Position numbers and translations under genes: made by a program. A stretch of 64,000 nt of DNA from assembly GCF_001194135.2 (NCBI RefSeq), contig NC_068983.1, positions 57,963,135 through 58,027,134 on the forward strand. Direction: 5' to 3'. The stretch is from Octopus bimaculoides. Lineage: Eukaryota. Positions 62,149 to 64,000 of this stretch are shown here, piece by piece. Each line of letters opens with the position of its first letter. Position 1 is the stretch's first letter. Under the pieces are notes generated by a model, which saw only the letters and a list, made by a program, of their open reading frames with translations, made no database searches and was not told where the DNA came from.

Positions 62149-63019
62149 ATCGGCTAAATTGATGAATGGGAGAAGATTTTGGTGAAAAGATGGAGACAAG
62201 AAGTTGGAAGTGGGCAGAAAGATGTCTGGAACTGTCCCCACGCTACTAAAGATCACACTCTCACTCCCCACCCACTACATTCTATTTTAATTAATATTAA
62301 TTAATTTTAATTAATTTTAATTCTAGGTTTGTCCATACTGCCTTTCTCCTGCAAAATTAGAAATTTCTATAATGACTCTTCACGTCGTTAAGGGTATAAT
62401 TTTGATTAATTAAAATTTTTTCGTTTACAACATGAAGTATGGTAGTGCCTACTTTACTATTATCTTTTTATTCAGCAGGCGTCCCTAGGTATTTCTGCTG
62501 AGTTATTCTAGTAAGTTCTCATAGTGTTTATACATGAAAAACTGTTTTATTCTCTTGGTAATCTAAGATATTGCAGGAACAGTTAGAGAAGGAATCACCA
62601 AACTTAGAATTAATGTTACAACCCCAGAAGATATGCAAAAATTAAGGGTGGGATTTGGTTTTCGCTAGTTTTGGTCATAAGACTGCATCCCATGCTACAT
62701 AGAACATTTTTTAGTCAAATGTACTAATTTACTAAGCAGTATGAATGTACTAATTTACTAATTACTACTAATGTACTAATTTATTTTAAGCTTCATTATA
62801 TAAGTCTCTTTCGCAGAACTGCTAAGTTATGGGGATGTAAACACACCAACATCACTTATCAAGCAGTAGTGGAATACAAACACAGACACATCGGCTAAAT
62901 TGATGAATGGGAGAAGATTTTGGTGAAAAGATAGAGACAAGAAGTTGGAAGTGGGCAGAAAGATGTCTGGAACTGTCCCCACGCTACTAAAGATCACACT
63001 CTCACTCGCCACCCACTAC
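62149..63019 (+). repeat. 130-bp direct repeat pair, 62149-62278 and 62890-63019
   Basis: Identical except GATGG/GATAG and CTCCCC/CTCGCC. Confidence 0.9.
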
Positions 63020-63326
63020 TTCATATATACACATATATATACATGTATATACATATGTTTTCTTCTATTTTTTTAGTTATTTGAAATCTTCCTCTAAAGA
63101 AGAAGCTTGTTCGAACAAAGATATAACGCTCAATCTTTCGCATGGAGATAACAAATCAAATTTACATTAAAAATTACAACCATTACATATTTTGACTCCT
63201 CCACTTACAGATTGTGTTTGTAATGTGCATGTTAGCTGGTTGATTTCTTTTTCTAAAAACCCTAGCATGCATACATACATACATACATGCATCCACACAC
63301 ACACATACATACATACATACATGCAT

Positions 63327-63423
<97 letters not shown>

Positions 63424-63594
63424 TATGAGAGGTATTGGTATCTAGAAGAGCGAAAGAGTGTCAGGTAGTGCTAAGTAAGTGCTGTGGACAGATCGTAGTT
63501 AAACTCTTGGCTCGATAGTAATACAAGTGAGGAGTCAAAAGTGGATCTTGAATTAGCATGCATATATATATGTATATATATATATATATATATA

Positions 63595-63922
63595 TTAGAC
63601 AAAATGAGATAACACAGCCAAGGCTGTGAGGAGTTTCCAAAACACTAATAAGGAAAAAGATACACATATAGTCTTACACCTGTTTCTGGGATATTATGGA
63701 TATCTCTTCATCAGAGACGACGTAAGATGGTTAAATAGAGGGAAATATTTGAGTTCAAAATAAGGAATTATTATGGAAAATGAGGAGATAGGGAATTTAG
63801 AAGGAAATAAGAGAATGATAGTAGAAATAAAATGTAAAATATATAAAGATATTGGAGGACAACTTTTTCCTTATTAATGTCTTGAAAACTCATCACACCC
63901 TTGGCTTTGTTATCTCATTTTG

Positions 63923-63927
<5 letters not shown>
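63595..63927. mobile_element. Element with 65-bp terminal inverted repeats inside (TA)n, carrying a hammerhead motif
   Basis: 63595-63659 versus 63863-63927, about 6 mismatches; (TA)n on both flanks. Confidence 0.75.
63671..63718 (-). ncRNA. Minimal type I hammerhead ribozyme motif
   Basis: GTCT-CTGATGA-A-GAGATAT-CCATA-ATATCCC-A-GAAAC-AGGT-GTA-AGAC; stem I GTCT/AGAC; stem III probably ancestral ACAGCTGT. Confidence 0.65.
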
Positions 63928-63964
<37 letters not shown>

Positions 63965-64000
63965 GTGGTATATTCTGTTAAGAATGAAGTAGAGTATAGT

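Overview
AT-rich, repeat-saturated animal genomic DNA from a draft scaffold, with about 19 N-gaps totalling roughly 4.5-5 kb. The SINE, LINE and microsatellite make-up suggests an octopus or other coleoid cephalopod (inference; no marker gene present). I recognise no intact host gene, rRNA, true tRNA gene or CRISPR. Most ORFs in the supplied track are translations of microsatellites, gaps or retroelement UTRs. Supported content: many RTE-clade LINE fragments, whose tandem-repeat 3' UTR ends in (GAT)n; a CR1/L2-type LINE 3' end; an R4-like RLE fragment; a Helitron fragment; mariner relics and MITEs; and at least four tRNA-headed SINE families (my labels A, B, C, E). The best lead is a set of six minimal Penelope-type hammerhead ribozyme motifs in three unrelated repeat families. 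Two of them sit in a head-to-head pair of tRNA-headed SINEs (39475-40038) and carry reciprocal stem-III mutations that would complement each other in a heterodimer. A second, much weaker lead is that the residual unique DNA from about 14.5 to 50.7 kb gives stop-ridden, LRR-like peptides on the minus strand. These may be a decayed LRR/Toll-like receptor cluster, but this was judged by eye and needs HMM confirmation. Several long foldbacks and hairpins are also noted. Repeat boundaries are approximate unless stated.
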